A stretch of DNA of 64,000 bases from Nitrosotalea sp. (GCA_035519555.1 DATIWG010000004.1:6037-70036); one strand, 5' to 3'; shown: positions 25,784 to 36,814, counted from the stretch's first letter. Notes: a model not told the origin generated them from the letters alone. Numbers and translations: made by a program.

Positions 25784-28176
25784 GACGTCCCGCTCCCCTT
25801 CCGGAGGGCGCGGCAGATGTCCCGGATCATCGGGTCGCGGGACCGCTCACCGCGCGTGACGTACGGGGCGCGCGAGGTCTCGTCGTAGGAGCCCAGCAGC
25901 CGGAACGCGGCCCGTCGCTCCTCCAGCGCCACGATCGGGAACGGGCGCTCGCGGAAGAAGTGCCCGAGCTGCGGGAGCACGGCGGGATTCCCCAGATCGG
26001 CCAGGGCCCGGAGCGCCTTCAGCCGGATCGACCGCCGGCGGCCGAGCAGGTCCCACCGGCGCAGGATCTCGACGAGCAGATCGCTGGCCTCGGTGATGCC
26101 GTGCTGGCCGGTCAGCAGCACCGCCGCCTCGGCGAGCCGCGGGTCCGGGTGGTGGATGGTGCGAGCAAGCAGGTCGCGCGGCACCTTGGAGTCGAACGCG
26201 AAGAGCGCGCGGATCGCCTCGAGCCGCACCCGCAGATCCGGATGGTCGGCGCAGCGCCGGATCTCGCCCATCGCCGAGTGGTCCTGCACGCGGCGCAGCA
26301 GCAGGACCATGTTCCGCACCACGTACCAGCGCGGATCGGCGAGCAGCCGCCGGGTCTCCGGGACGATGGCGGGGCCGAGCGAGGCGGCCAGCTCGATGAG
26401 GCGCAGCCGCCGGGCCCGCTCCGGCTCGGCGGCCAGCGCCTCGAGCAGGCCGCGCGAGGCGGAGGCTCCGAGCGCCAGCACCAGGGTCTGCACCTGGACG
26501 AACGGCGGCCCGCCCGGCTGGCGGCTCGCCGCCACCAGGGCGGCCAGGGTCTGGGCGTCGGCCAGGGTGGCGACGAACTCGTCGAGCCCCGCTCGCCGCT
26601 CGGCCTGCCCGGGCTCCGCGGCGAGCTCGCGCACCGCGCGGATGATGCCGATGGCCTGCGTGAATCGATTCGCCTGGAGCGCGCGGGTGAAGATGTCGCG
26701 CAGGCGACCCAGGACGAGCGGCCGCACCACGTCGGGCGACATCGCGATCATGTCGAGGAGCGTGATGAGCACCCGCCGCTCGATCGCGTCATCACTTTCC
26801 GTGTCGGGCCCGAAGGCGTCGGGGTCGGCCGCCATCTCGACCGCGATGGCGGCCAGGTCCACCGTCGGCTTCTGGGCCAGGAGCGCCCGGTGGTCCTCGG
26901 GGTTGTACCGGTCGACGTCTTCCTCGCGGAACAGCGCGGCCATCTCCGCGAGGTCGGACGGCGGCTCGGGCAGGGTTGCAGCGGGCGCCAGCCCCTCCTG
27001 CGTCTCGGCCAGGGCCTGGGCCATGCTCAGGGCGTGCGCCGAGAGCTGGCCGTGCTCGCGTGCGAGGCGCTGCAGGCCGCGGAGCACGTCGGCCGGCGGC
27101 AGGGCCGCGGCCAGGGCGGCCAGGTGCGCGCTCGATCCGTCGTTGGTCGCCAGCACACGCAGCGCGGCGGTCAGGACCGGCTCGCGCACCTCGCCGGGCA
27201 GCGCGCGGAGCAGCTGGATGATCTGCGGGTTCAGCGTCTCGCGCTCGGCGGTGTCCGCCCCCGCCAGGCGGGCGCCGATCGCGTGGGCGAGCCTGTGCGC
27301 GGCCGCGAGACCGAGGCCGCCGGGACCGGCCCCGCCGTCGGCGCCCCGGCCCCCGCCGGCACCCGGGCTGCCGCTGCCGACGCCCCCGGCACCCGGCCCG
27401 GGGCCCCCGAAGCCTGATCCGCTGCCCCGACCGGCACCGCTACCCGTACCGCCCGACCCCGGCCCGCTGCCGCCGGGGCCGCTCCCCGGCCCGCTACCGG
27501 ATCCGCCACCCGGGCCGCCGGTACCCGCTCCGCCCGCACCGGGTCCACCCGCTCCGGGCCCGCTGCCCGGCCCGCCCGCCCCGGCCCCCCCACGGAACAG
27601 CGACGCGATGGTCTCCGCCGAGTAACGCTCCCGCGGCAGCGGGACGCCGCCCCGCGCGCTGAGCGGCACATCTTCCAGGAGCGTCTGCAGCAGTCCGTCC
27701 CAGAGGGAGCCCTCGCCGCCGGGCTCGCTCACGTCCGTGGTCGTGACCAGCGCGCCGTAGTCGATGGCGGAGACCGAGATGTGGCCGATCCCCGCCGCGC
27801 GCAGCTCCTCGGCGGTCAAGGGCCGGTCACGGGAGGCTCCGGTGTCGCCGAGCAGGGCCAGGAAGCTCTCGAGCTCGCGCGGCTCGACGCCTTCCTCGAA
27901 CCGCAGGAGGGCGCCGTTCCTCCGGTAGAGGGCCCGCGCAAAGGCCCGGACCTGGCCGGCTTCGATCTTCTTGCCGCCGCTGACGAGCCCCTCGCCGCCG
28001 ATCCCGAGCGTCAGGGGGCTCGCCACCGCGAGATAACCGCAGATCCGGCCGTGGGCGGTGGCGAGGGCCGAGGAGCGAGCGGGGTGGCCGGCGGGATAGG
28101 CAGCCAGGTTCCGCCAGGCCGTCACCAGCGACGACACGACTTCCAGGAGCGTCGGCGGAGGGTTGGATGGCTCCAC
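25780..28176 (-). CDS. HEAT-repeat protein with N-terminal YPxGHP domain and Gly-rich linker
   Basis: C-terminal DPRWYVVRNMVLLL, DLRVRLEAIRAL HEAT/PBS-lyase-like repeats; GTG start. Confidence 0.8.
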   Translation of the reverse strand: MEPSNPPPTLLEVVSSLVTAWRNLAAYPAGHPARSSALATAHGRICGYLAVASPLTLGIGGEGLVSGGKKIEAGQVRAFARALYRRNGALLRFEEGVEPRELESFLALLGDTGASRDRPLTAEELRAAGIGHISVSAIDYGALVTTTDVSEPGGEGSLWDGLLQTLLEDVPLSARGGVPLPRERYSAETIASLFRGGAGAGGPGSGPGAGGPGAGGAGTGGPGGGSGSGPGSGPGGSGPGSGGTGSGAGRGSGSGFGGPGPGAGGVGSGSPGAGGGRGADGGAGPGGLGLAAAHRLAHAIGARLAGADTAERETLNPQIIQLLRALPGEVREPVLTAALRVLATNDGSSAHLAALAAALPPADVLRGLQRLAREHGQLSAHALSMAQALAETQEGLAPAATLPEPPSDLAEMAALFREEDVDRYNPEDHRALLAQKPTVDLAAIAVEMAADPDAFGPDTESDDAIERRVLITLLDMIAMSPDVVRPLVLGRLRDIFTRALQANRFTQAIGIIRAVRELAAEPGQAERRAGLDEFVATLADAQTLAALVAASRQPGGPPFVQVQTLVLALGASASRGLLEALAAEPERARRLRLIELAASLGPAIVPETRRLLADPRWYVVRNMVLLLRRVQDHSAMGEIRRCADHPDLRVRLEAIRALFAFDSKVPRDLLARTIHHPDPRLAEAAVLLTGQHGITEASDLLVEILRRWDLLGRRRSIRLKALRALADLGNPAVLPQLGHFFRERPFPIVALEERRAAFRLLGSYDETSRAPYVTRGERSRDPMIRDICRALRKGSGTS

Positions 28177-28224
28177 GTTTGCGTGCCAAGAGCAGTCTAG
28201 CCGACGGGGGCCACTTCCCCCAAC

Positions 28225-28253
28225 TTGAGTGCCCGGTCGCCGTCGCTTATGCT
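28225..28253 (+). promoter_or_regulatory. Sigma70-type promoter
   Basis: TTGAGT-17 nt-TATGCT upstream of the LLM gene. Confidence 0.55.
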
Positions 28254-28289
28254 CGCAGCACCCCGCAGGGGAAGGGAGACCACCCGGCC

Positions 28290-29528
28290 ATGAAAGTCAG
28301 CGCGTTCCACCTGATGCCGCATCGCGAGCTGCCGCCCGACTTCGAGCGCCGACATCCGAGCGTCTGGGTGACCCCACCCTGGTGGGAGCTGGCCGACGCG
28401 CGACGCGTGGGGCAGTACTACAACTGGACGCTCGACGAGCTCCTCCACGCCGCCCGGGCCGGCTTCGATGGTGTGTGCACCAACGAGCACCATCAGAACG
28501 CCTACGGCTTCATGCCGAGTCCCAACCTGATGGGCAGCGTGCTGGCCAAGCAGACCAACGGCATGGACGTGGCCATCGTCCAGATGGGGATGACGCTGCC
28601 GACCACCTCGCCGCCGGTCCGCGTCGCCGAGGAGTACGGCATGCTCGACTGCATCAGCGGCGGGCGCCTCGTGGCCGGCCTGCCGCTCGGCAGCCCGATG
28701 GACGTCAACCTCGCCTACGGCATCACGCCGATGGAGCATCGGGAGCGCTATCGCGAGGCCTTCGAGCTCGTGCTGAAGGCCTGGCAGGCGAAGGAGATCT
28801 TCGCGTGGAACGGGAAGTACTTCCAGCTCGGCCAGGTGAACCTCTGGCCGCGGCCCATCCAGGAGCCGCATCCGCCGGTGTGGGTGCCCGGCTCGGGCAG
28901 CATCAGCACGTTCGACTTCGCGACCGACCACAACGTCTGCTACTGCTTCCTCTCCTACGCGGGCGCGCGGGCGGCCACGGCCATGATGGACGGCTACTGG
29001 GACGTCGTGGAGAAGAAGGGTCTCGAGCGCAATCCGTACCGGGCCGGCTTTCTCCAGCTCGTAGCGGTGTCCGAGACCGACGCGCAGGCCGAGGCCGACT
29101 ACGCCAAGCACGTGGAGTACTTCTATCACAAGTGCCTGCACGTGCCCGCCCAGTGGTTCGCCCCGCCGGGCAACCAGGACTACCGGAGCCTGCTCGCGGC
29201 CAACCGCAATCCGGTGCGGCGGGCGGAGGATCCAAAGACGCTCCGTTACAAGGATTTCGTCGACAAGGGCTACGTGATCGCGGGCAGTCCGGCCACCGTG
29301 AAGGAGCGCCTGATCGAGGAGGTGATCAAGCGTCTCAACGTCGGCAATCTGATGGTGCTGGTGCAGATCGGCTCGATGCCGCACGAGCTCACGCTCAAGA
29401 ACATCGACCTGTTCGCGCGCGACGTGCTCCCCGGCCTCCGCGAGATCTGGGACGACAAGGGCTGGGAGAACCACTGGTGGCCGAGGAGCCTGCGCGCGAG
29501 CCGTCAGCCCGCCGGCGCCACTCGATGA
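28290..29528 (+). CDS. LLM-class flavin-dependent oxidoreductase
   Basis: NEHHQNAYG..PSPNL, PVRVAEE, LDCISGGRL, WPRPIQEPHPPVW. Confidence 0.9.
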   Translation: MKVSAFHLMPHRELPPDFERRHPSVWVTPPWWELADARRVGQYYNWTLDELLHAARAGFDGVCTNEHHQNAYGFMPSPNLMGSVLAKQTNGMDVAIVQMGMTLPTTSPPVRVAEEYGMLDCISGGRLVAGLPLGSPMDVNLAYGITPMEHRERYREAFELVLKAWQAKEIFAWNGKYFQLGQVNLWPRPIQEPHPPVWVPGSGSISTFDFATDHNVCYCFLSYAGARAATAMMDGYWDVVEKKGLERNPYRAGFLQLVAVSETDAQAEADYAKHVEYFYHKCLHVPAQWFAPPGNQDYRSLLAANRNPVRRAEDPKTLRYKDFVDKGYVIAGSPATVKERLIEEVIKRLNVGNLMVLVQIGSMPHELTLKNIDLFARDVLPGLREIWDDKGWENHWWPRSLRASRQPAGATR

Positions 29529-30322
29529 GCGCTCCCGGCACTCGCTCCGTCTCGGTCTGGCAGGGCCGCGTGCCGATCCGCGTGCACGTGCGCGGCGCGG
29601 GGCCCGCGCTCGTCTTCTTCCACGGGCCCTGGGGCCTCACCTGGGGGCCGTTCCTCGACGCGCTCGCGCGGCAGTTCACGGTGTACGCCCCGGAGCATCC
29701 GGGCACGACCCCGGGCGAGCCCGACGCCATCCAGCACGTCGACGGCCTCTGGGATCTCGTCCTCTGCTACGACGAGCTGCTCGAGCACTTGGAGCTGCGC
29801 GAGGTGGCGCTGGCCGGCCACTCCTTCGGCGCCATGATGGCCTGCGAGGTGGCGGCGCTGCAGCCCGCGCGGGTGAAGCGGCTCGTGCTCATCGATCCCA
29901 TCGGCCTCTGGCGGGACGACGCGCCGGTGATCAACTGGATGCTGCTCGCCCCCCAGGACTTCCCGGCTCACGTGTTCCACGATCCGGACAGCGCGGCGGC
30001 CCGGACGCTCTTCGCGGTCCCCGAGGATCTGGAGGGCGCGGCCCAGGCGCGGACGCGGCTCACCTGGGCGATGGGCGCGACCGGCAAGTTCATCTGGCCG
30101 ATTCCCGACAAGGGGCTCAGGAAGCGGATCCACCGCGTGACCGCGCCGACCCTGCTGGTGTGGGGGGAGGACGACCGCCTGGTGCCGCGGGCCTACGCCA
30201 AGGAGTTCGCGGGCCGGCTCGCCGACACGCGTCTCGAGGTGGTGGCGGGTGCCGGCCACGCTCCCCACCTCGAGCAGCCGGAAGCCACCGCGCGCGCGGT
30301 GCAGGCCTTTCTCAAGGCCTGA
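29525..30322 (+). CDS. Alpha/beta hydrolase coupled to the LLM gene
   Basis: ATGA overlap; GHSFGA, LVWGEDD, AGHAPHLEQP. Confidence 0.88.
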   Translation: MSAPGTRSVSVWQGRVPIRVHVRGAGPALVFFHGPWGLTWGPFLDALARQFTVYAPEHPGTTPGEPDAIQHVDGLWDLVLCYDELLEHLELREVALAGHSFGAMMACEVAALQPARVKRLVLIDPIGLWRDDAPVINWMLLAPQDFPAHVFHDPDSAAARTLFAVPEDLEGAAQARTRLTWAMGATGKFIWPIPDKGLRKRIHRVTAPTLLVWGEDDRLVPRAYAKEFAGRLADTRLEVVAGAGHAPHLEQPEATARAVQAFLKA

Positions 30323-30334
30323 CCGCGGGCGAGC

Positions 30335-31243
30335 TCAGGCCTTCTCGGCGAGCAGGGCCCGGCGGACCTGGTCGAGCTCCTTCCGCTTGCGCGGGTCCGT
30401 CTCGGGGAAGCGCAGGTCCATCTCGTCGAGCGCGTCGATGATCGCGGCCGCGACCACGAGGTGGGCGTACGACTTGTGGTCCGCAGGCACGACGTACCAA
30501 GGCGCGTGCTTGGTGGCGGTGTTGCGCACCATCTCCTCGTAGGCGCGCTGGTAGTCGTCCCACCTCTTGCGCTCCTCGACGTCGCCCAGCGAGAACTTCC
30601 AGTTCTTCGTGGGGTCGTCGAGCCGCTCGAGGAAGCGCCGCTTCTGCTCGTCCTTGGAGATGTGCAGGAAGAACTTGCGGACCATCACCCCGTTACGGGC
30701 GAGGTACCGCTCATGCGCGTTGATGTCCTCGAAGCGCTCCTCCCAGGTGTCCCGGCTCACGAGACCATCCGGAAGGCGCTCGGCTTTCATGATGTCGGGA
30801 TGGACGCGGACGACCAGCACTTCCTCATAGTACGAGCGGTTGAAGATGCCGATCTTGCCACGCTCCGGGCAGACCTTGTGGGTGCGCCAGAGAAAATCGT
30901 GGTCGAGCTCCTCCTGGCTCGGCGCCCGGAAGGGGTGCACGTCGCAGCCCTGCGGGTTGACCCCGGACATGACGTGCTTGATCGCGCTGTCCTTCCCGGA
31001 GGCGTCCATGCCCTGGAAGATCAGCAGGAGCGCCCAGCGGTCCTGCGCGTAGAGCTTCTCCTGCATGTGGCGCAGGATGTCGGGGACGCTCTGCAGCAGC
31101 CGGGCGACGTGATTCTCGGATCTCACCCCGCTCGCGTCTCCCGGGTCGACATCGTCGAGATGGAACTTGTGCCCCTTCCTCACGCGATGGCGGTCGGCCA
31201 GCCCGGCCATCTCCGCTCGGACCTTTCGCTGTGTCATGGCCAC
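30335..31243 (-). CDS. ppk2: Polyphosphate kinase 2 family (class III-like) protein
   Basis: FQGMDASGKD, VNPQG, HDFLWR, FNRSYYEEVLV, KNWKFS, APWYVVPADHK. Confidence 0.9.
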   Translation of the reverse strand: MAMTQRKVRAEMAGLADRHRVRKGHKFHLDDVDPGDASGVRSENHVARLLQSVPDILRHMQEKLYAQDRWALLLIFQGMDASGKDSAIKHVMSGVNPQGCDVHPFRAPSQEELDHDFLWRTHKVCPERGKIGIFNRSYYEEVLVVRVHPDIMKAERLPDGLVSRDTWEERFEDINAHERYLARNGVMVRKFFLHISKDEQKRRFLERLDDPTKNWKFSLGDVEERKRWDDYQRAYEEMVRNTATKHAPWYVVPADHKSYAHLVVAAAIIDALDEMDLRFPETDPRKRKELDQVRRALLAEKA

Positions 31244-31377
31244 GCAGTCTAGTACACAACTGTCGCGGAAGACAGGCGGGGACGCCGAGCGGGTCTCACG
31301 AAGCCGTCGACAAGCGCCGCCGGATCGTAGTAGAGAAGGCTCGTGACCGACCGACCGCCCAGGGCACGGTAGCGCGG

Positions 31378-31578
31378 ATGCCGCTGCAACGATCGCGGCG
31401 GTACAAGATGATCGCGGGCGTCTGCGGGGGGATCGCGGAGTGGCTCGGCTGGGATCCCACCCTGGTCCGGATCCTCTACGTGATCGTCTCGTGCGTCTCG
31501 ATCGCGTTCCCCGGCATCCTCGCCTACCTCATCCTCTGGATCATCATGCCGAAGGCGCCGAAGGAAGCGGCCGGCTGA
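31378..31578 (+). CDS. PspC-domain protein
   Basis: LQRSRRYKMIAGVCGGIAEWLGWDPTLVR...AYLILWIIMP. Confidence 0.88.
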   Translation: MPLQRSRRYKMIAGVCGGIAEWLGWDPTLVRILYVIVSCVSIAFPGILAYLILWIIMPKAPKEAAG

Positions 31579-31610
31579 GCGCGCCGGCCCCGCGCGAGGA
31601 GCAGCGCGGC

Positions 31611-31640
31611 TTGCCTTTGGTGCGGCAAGTCGACTATCCT
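31611..31640 (+). promoter_or_regulatory. Sigma70-type promoter; the -35 is overlapped by a CTTGCC-N8-GGCAAG inverted repeat
   Basis: TTGCCT-18 nt-TATCCT; inverted repeat at 31610-31629. Confidence 0.45.
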
Positions 31641-31715
31641 TGTCCACCCGCGAGACCGGTCGCCGCCGCGCGCGCGCCCGTCGGAGAGCCGTCACGGTAA
31701 GGGCAAGGAGGCCCC

Positions 31716-33134
<1,419 letters not shown>

Positions 33135-33158
33135 CCACTCTACCGGGAGGTCTCAGCC

Positions 33159-34151
33159 ATGAGGATCGTGATCGCGCTCGTCCTGCTCCTGCTCGTCCCC
33201 GCCCTCGGGTGGGCCCAGGCTCCGATCCAGCTCAAGGCGGGCAGCGGGGTCGGTCCCGGCAATCCGGTCAACGATGCGCTCTTCGACCTGGCCAAGCAGC
33301 TCGACCAGAAGAGCGGGGGCCGGCTCAAGCTCGACGTGGTCATCAGCAACGGCCTGGCCAAGGGCGAGGCGGCGCACCTCGAGGGCGCCCAGCTCGGGAC
33401 GATCGACATCGTGCCGATCGGCTCCGCGCCCATCGGCGGCATGTTCGAGCCGGCCTTCCAGGCCCTCGACCTGCCGTTCTTCTGGTCCTCGCGCGAGCAG
33501 GTCTGGAAGGTGATGGACGGGCCGATTGGCCAGGACCTGCTCAAGCGGATGGAGAGCAAGGGCGTCAAGGGCTTCTGCTTCGGCGGCGGCTGGGGCTTCC
33601 GCAACATGATGGTGAACAAGCGGCCGATCACGACGCCCGAGGACATGCGGGGCCTCACGATCCGGGTGCAGGAGTCGCCGGCCTACGTGGCGTTCATGAA
33701 GGCGCTCGGGGCCAACCCGGTGCCGATGCCCTACGTCGAGGTGTACCTGGCCATGAAGCAGGGTACGATCGACGGCATGGAGCTGCCGTCGTTCACGATG
33801 ACCTCGGACAAGTTCCAGGAAGTGACCAAGTACTACTCGCTCACGCGGCACTCGTACCCGCCGATCGCGTACTTCATGAGCATGAAGCGCTACCAGTCCC
33901 TCTCCCCCGATCTGCAGAAGATCGTGACCGAGGCGATGCAGCAGACCTGCGCCCTCCACCGGCGGCTCGAGGTGGAGCGCGAGAAGCAGGACTACGACGT
34001 GATGAAGAAGGCGGGGACGCAGATCAACGAGGTGAAGGACCTGAAGGCCTTCCAGGCGCTCATGAAGCCGGTCTACGCCAGCGTCGAGCAGCAGGTCGGG
34101 AAGGAGTTCATGGATCGGCTCACCACCGCGGCGGCCCAGGCCGCGAAGTAG
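33159..34151 (+). CDS. TRAP transporter solute-binding protein (DctP family)
   Basis: Signal peptide; DLPF, PEDMRGLTIRV, ALGANPVPM, EVYLAM..G.IDG. Confidence 0.9.
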   Translation: MRIVIALVLLLLVPALGWAQAPIQLKAGSGVGPGNPVNDALFDLAKQLDQKSGGRLKLDVVISNGLAKGEAAHLEGAQLGTIDIVPIGSAPIGGMFEPAFQALDLPFFWSSREQVWKVMDGPIGQDLLKRMESKGVKGFCFGGGWGFRNMMVNKRPITTPEDMRGLTIRVQESPAYVAFMKALGANPVPMPYVEVYLAMKQGTIDGMELPSFTMTSDKFQEVTKYYSLTRHSYPPIAYFMSMKRYQSLSPDLQKIVTEAMQQTCALHRRLEVEREKQDYDVMKKAGTQINEVKDLKAFQALMKPVYASVEQQVGKEFMDRLTTAAAQAAK

Positions 34152-34159
34152 GAGACGCG

Positions 34160-34450
34160 ATGCCCGCGTACATCATCGTGGACCTGACCGTGACCGACCT
34201 GCCCACCATGGAGGAGTACCGAAAGCGGGTGCCGGCCACGCTGGCCAAGTACGGCGGGCGGTTCCTCGTCCGGGGGGGCGCGCACCAGACGGTAGAAGGC
34301 GACTGGAAGCCGAACCGGCTCGTGGTGCTCGAGTTCCCGAGCATGGAGCAGGCCAAGCGCTGGTACGACTCCGAGGAGTACCGCGAGCCCAAGGCGATGC
34401 GCCTCCGGGCCGGCCGGGCGAACCTGATCATGGTGGAAGGCGTCGCGTAG
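34160..34450 (+). CDS. DUF1330 family protein
   Basis: MPAYII...EY......YGGRFLVRGG....EG.W...RLVVLEFPS...A..WY.S.EY. Confidence 0.88.
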   Translation: MPAYIIVDLTVTDLPTMEEYRKRVPATLAKYGGRFLVRGGAHQTVEGDWKPNRLVVLEFPSMEQAKRWYDSEEYREPKAMRLRAGRANLIMVEGVA

Positions 34451-34459
34451 GATCGAGTC

Positions 34460-34611
34460 GTGCGCATCGTCGACGTGCGCGAGCGCCCCTGGGGATCTCG
34501 CGCTATCGCGATGCGGGTGTTCCCTCCGGCGCGCTCACCACCTCTCCGGGCGCGGCGGTCACGGACGTGGTCCGTCGCGGCCGGCTGTTCACCGCCTTGA
34601 TGGAAACCTGA
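34460..34611 (+). pseudogene. Frameshifted, truncated relic of a mandelate racemase/enolase-superfamily gene (tartrate dehydratase-like N-terminus)
   Basis: MRIVDVRER in one frame; after an apparent 1-nt loss at 34487-34494 it continues ISRYRDAGVPSGALTTS..AAVTDVVRRGR, then stops. Confidence 0.55.
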
Positions 34612-34625
34612 CGCAAGGAGACCCC

Positions 34626-35126
34626 ATGGCCTACACACTCGAGACGTTCGCGAAGGCGGCCCACGACATTCTCACGGCGGATCCCGGTCCCCGCGGACGC
34701 GAGAAGGTGCGCGCGCTCGTGGAGGAGGTGCTGAAGGACGACGCGTTCATCGCCCGGCACCTGGGCGACGACGTGCCCGAGCGCAAGATCCTCTACACCG
34801 ACCCGCAGCTCGGCTTCTGCATCCTCGGCCACGTGTACCGGGGCGCGAAGGAGAGCAACCCGCACGATCACGGGCCGTCCTGGGCGATCTACGGCCAGGC
34901 CCGCGGCGAGACGCTCATGAACGACTGGGCGCTGGTCGAGAAGGCGAGCGAGAGCAAGGCCGGCAAGGTGCGCCACGTGCGGAGCTACCCGCTGAAGCCC
35001 GGCATGGCCCACGTCTACAACGAGGGCGATCTGCACTCTCCGCGGCGCGACGGGCCGACGCGCCTCATCCGCATCGAGGGCACCAACATGGACAAGGTCA
35101 AGCGCCTGGCCTACGAGAAGATCTGA
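34626..35126 (+). CDS. Cupin, cysteine-dioxygenase-like
   Basis: PHDHGPSWAIYG and a later LHSP (HxH...H); AAGGAG RBS. Confidence 0.7.
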   Translation: MAYTLETFAKAAHDILTADPGPRGREKVRALVEEVLKDDAFIARHLGDDVPERKILYTDPQLGFCILGHVYRGAKESNPHDHGPSWAIYGQARGETLMNDWALVEKASESKAGKVRHVRSYPLKPGMAHVYNEGDLHSPRRDGPTRLIRIEGTNMDKVKRLAYEKI

Positions 35127-35140
35127 GCGAGAGGTCCGCC

Positions 35141-35893
35141 ATGACCCAGTCCGTCGATCTGCTCGCCCTGTCGACCTTCATCGAAGGCATCTCCGGCCGG
35201 GTCCTCGACTACGCGCTGCTGCTGGCCGCGGTGGGCACGATCACGATGGCGCTGGTCGAGCTGCTCAAGGCGGTGAGCCGGGCGCGCCTGTTCTTCCAGC
35301 GGCGGATGATCGCGGGATGGACGGGCGGCAGCCCGGCGGTCGAGAGCGAGCTGCTGACGCTGGCGGCGGGAGGGCCGGACAACGCGGCGACCCTCTACGA
35401 CCAGCCGAGCGGGAAGATGATGGGGCAGATCCAGGCGGCCGCGAACGTGGCGCTGGACTTTCCGACCGTGTACCCGGCGCTCTACGGCTTCCTGACCGAG
35501 GGCTCGTCCACGGTCGGCCCGGTGGCGGATCGTGATCGCTGGAAGACGTTCGCGGCGAGGATGGCGCGGGAGCTGCCGGGCCCCGGCGCGGAGCGCACGC
35601 AGCTGGACGTCGAGGCCCGCGAGAGCACCCAGGCGCGCGCGCGGCTCGGCAATCTGGTGACCCGGCGGCTCGACGCGCTGCAGACGCGGATCGAGTATCG
35701 CTGGGCCCGGCTCAACCAGACGGTGGCGGTGGTGGGAGGCGCCGCCCTCCTCTACTACGCGCTGTCCACCGTCGCGCAGTCGAGCCACGTCCCGGCGCTG
35801 AGCCGATTGCTGCTCGCGGTGTTCGGCGGGCTCATCGCGCCGTTCGCCAAGGACGTGGTGAATCGCCTGGCCGGGCTGCAGGCTCGACGGTAG
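35141..35893 (+). CDS. Hypothetical membrane protein
   Basis: One N-terminal and two C-terminal hydrophobic segments; GAGG RBS. Confidence 0.65.
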   Translation: MTQSVDLLALSTFIEGISGRVLDYALLLAAVGTITMALVELLKAVSRARLFFQRRMIAGWTGGSPAVESELLTLAAGGPDNAATLYDQPSGKMMGQIQAAANVALDFPTVYPALYGFLTEGSSTVGPVADRDRWKTFAARMARELPGPGAERTQLDVEARESTQARARLGNLVTRRLDALQTRIEYRWARLNQTVAVVGGAALLYYALSTVAQSSHVPALSRLLLAVFGGLIAPFAKDVVNRLAGLQARR

Positions 35894-35896
35894 GCG

Positions 35897-36814
35897 ATGG
35901 CTCGGGGGCCCGCGCCGAGCCTCTCGCTCCGCCGGCTCCCGGAAGGCGGCGAGGTCCAGGACCCGCCCGAGCCGAATCCGCCCGACGTGCTGCTGGCGTC
36001 GCGGCGCCTCGTGCTGCTGATCCACGGCTTCAACAACGATCTCGAGGCGGGCACGCAGGCCTACGAGGGCTTCCGCCTCGTCCAGCGGGAGCTCGGCGAG
36101 ATCAGCGTTCCGCTGGTCGACGTGTACTGGCCGGGCGACGCCGACTGGGGCGTCGTGTCGTTCCTCTACTACCCGAAGAGCATCGAGAAGGCGATCCAGA
36201 GCGCGGAGGTGCTGGCCCGGGCGCTGGGAGCCGCGGCCCAGCAGAGCGGGCCGAAGGAGGTCGATCTGGTGGGGCATTCGATGGGCTGCCGGCTCGCCCT
36301 GGAGCTGCTCGCGCGCCTCCAGCCGATCGCCGGCGTCCTCGTGCGGCGGGTCGTGCTCATGGCCGGCGCGGTGCCCACGTTCATGCTCGAGCCGACTTAC
36401 ACGCACCGGCTCCGCGCGGCGTACGACGCGATGGTCGCGGCGGGCGGGCTCAGCCTGTACTCCGGCGCCGACAAGGTGCTGTCGCAGGCGTTTCCCGCGG
36501 GACAGACGCTGGGCGACGACGAGGGGTTCTTCCCCACCGCGCTCGGTCACGAGTACCTGGGCGGCCCCGCCGCCCCGGCGACTCTCGGCCAGCGCGAGAT
36601 CCCCGGTGCCGACCACTCCGACTACTGGGGCTGGAAGGAGTCGACGCGGGACCTGGGCCGCGAGGCTAACGCCGTCGTGCGAGAGTTCCTGGGGCTCGGG
36701 CCCATCCCGGAGCGGATCCGGCCGTGGCGCGCGCCGGTCGAGCGCGGTGCGGTCGAGGAGCGCGCCGGAACACCGGAGCGACAGACGCCCGTGCGCGTGC
36801 CCGACGGCGCCTGA
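35897..36814 (+). CDS. Alpha/beta hydrolase (DUF900-like)
   Basis: LLIHGFNN, VYWPG, VGHSMGCR, LMAGAV, DHSDYW. Confidence 0.8.
   Translation: MARGPAPSLSLRRLPEGGEVQDPPEPNPPDVLLASRRLVLLIHGFNNDLEAGTQAYEGFRLVQRELGEISVPLVDVYWPGDADWGVVSFLYYPKSIEKAIQSAEVLARALGAAAQQSGPKEVDLVGHSMGCRLALELLARLQPIAGVLVRRVVLMAGAVPTFMLEPTYTHRLRAAYDAMVAAGGLSLYSGADKVLSQAFPAGQTLGDDEGFFPTALGHEYLGGPAAPATLGQREIPGADHSDYWGWKESTRDLGREANAVVREFLGLGPIPERIRPWRAPVERGAVEERAGTPERQTPVRVPDGA

Noticed and set aside
27316-27591. Collagen-like repeat
   Set aside because: Gly is not in strict Gly-X-Y register; it is a low-complexity linker.
31638-31708. CCTTGTCC/GGGCAAGG pairing that would hide the malic enzyme RBS (riboswitch-like)
   Set aside because: The 5' arm overlaps the predicted -10 box and so would not be in the transcript; no known aptamer is recognisable.
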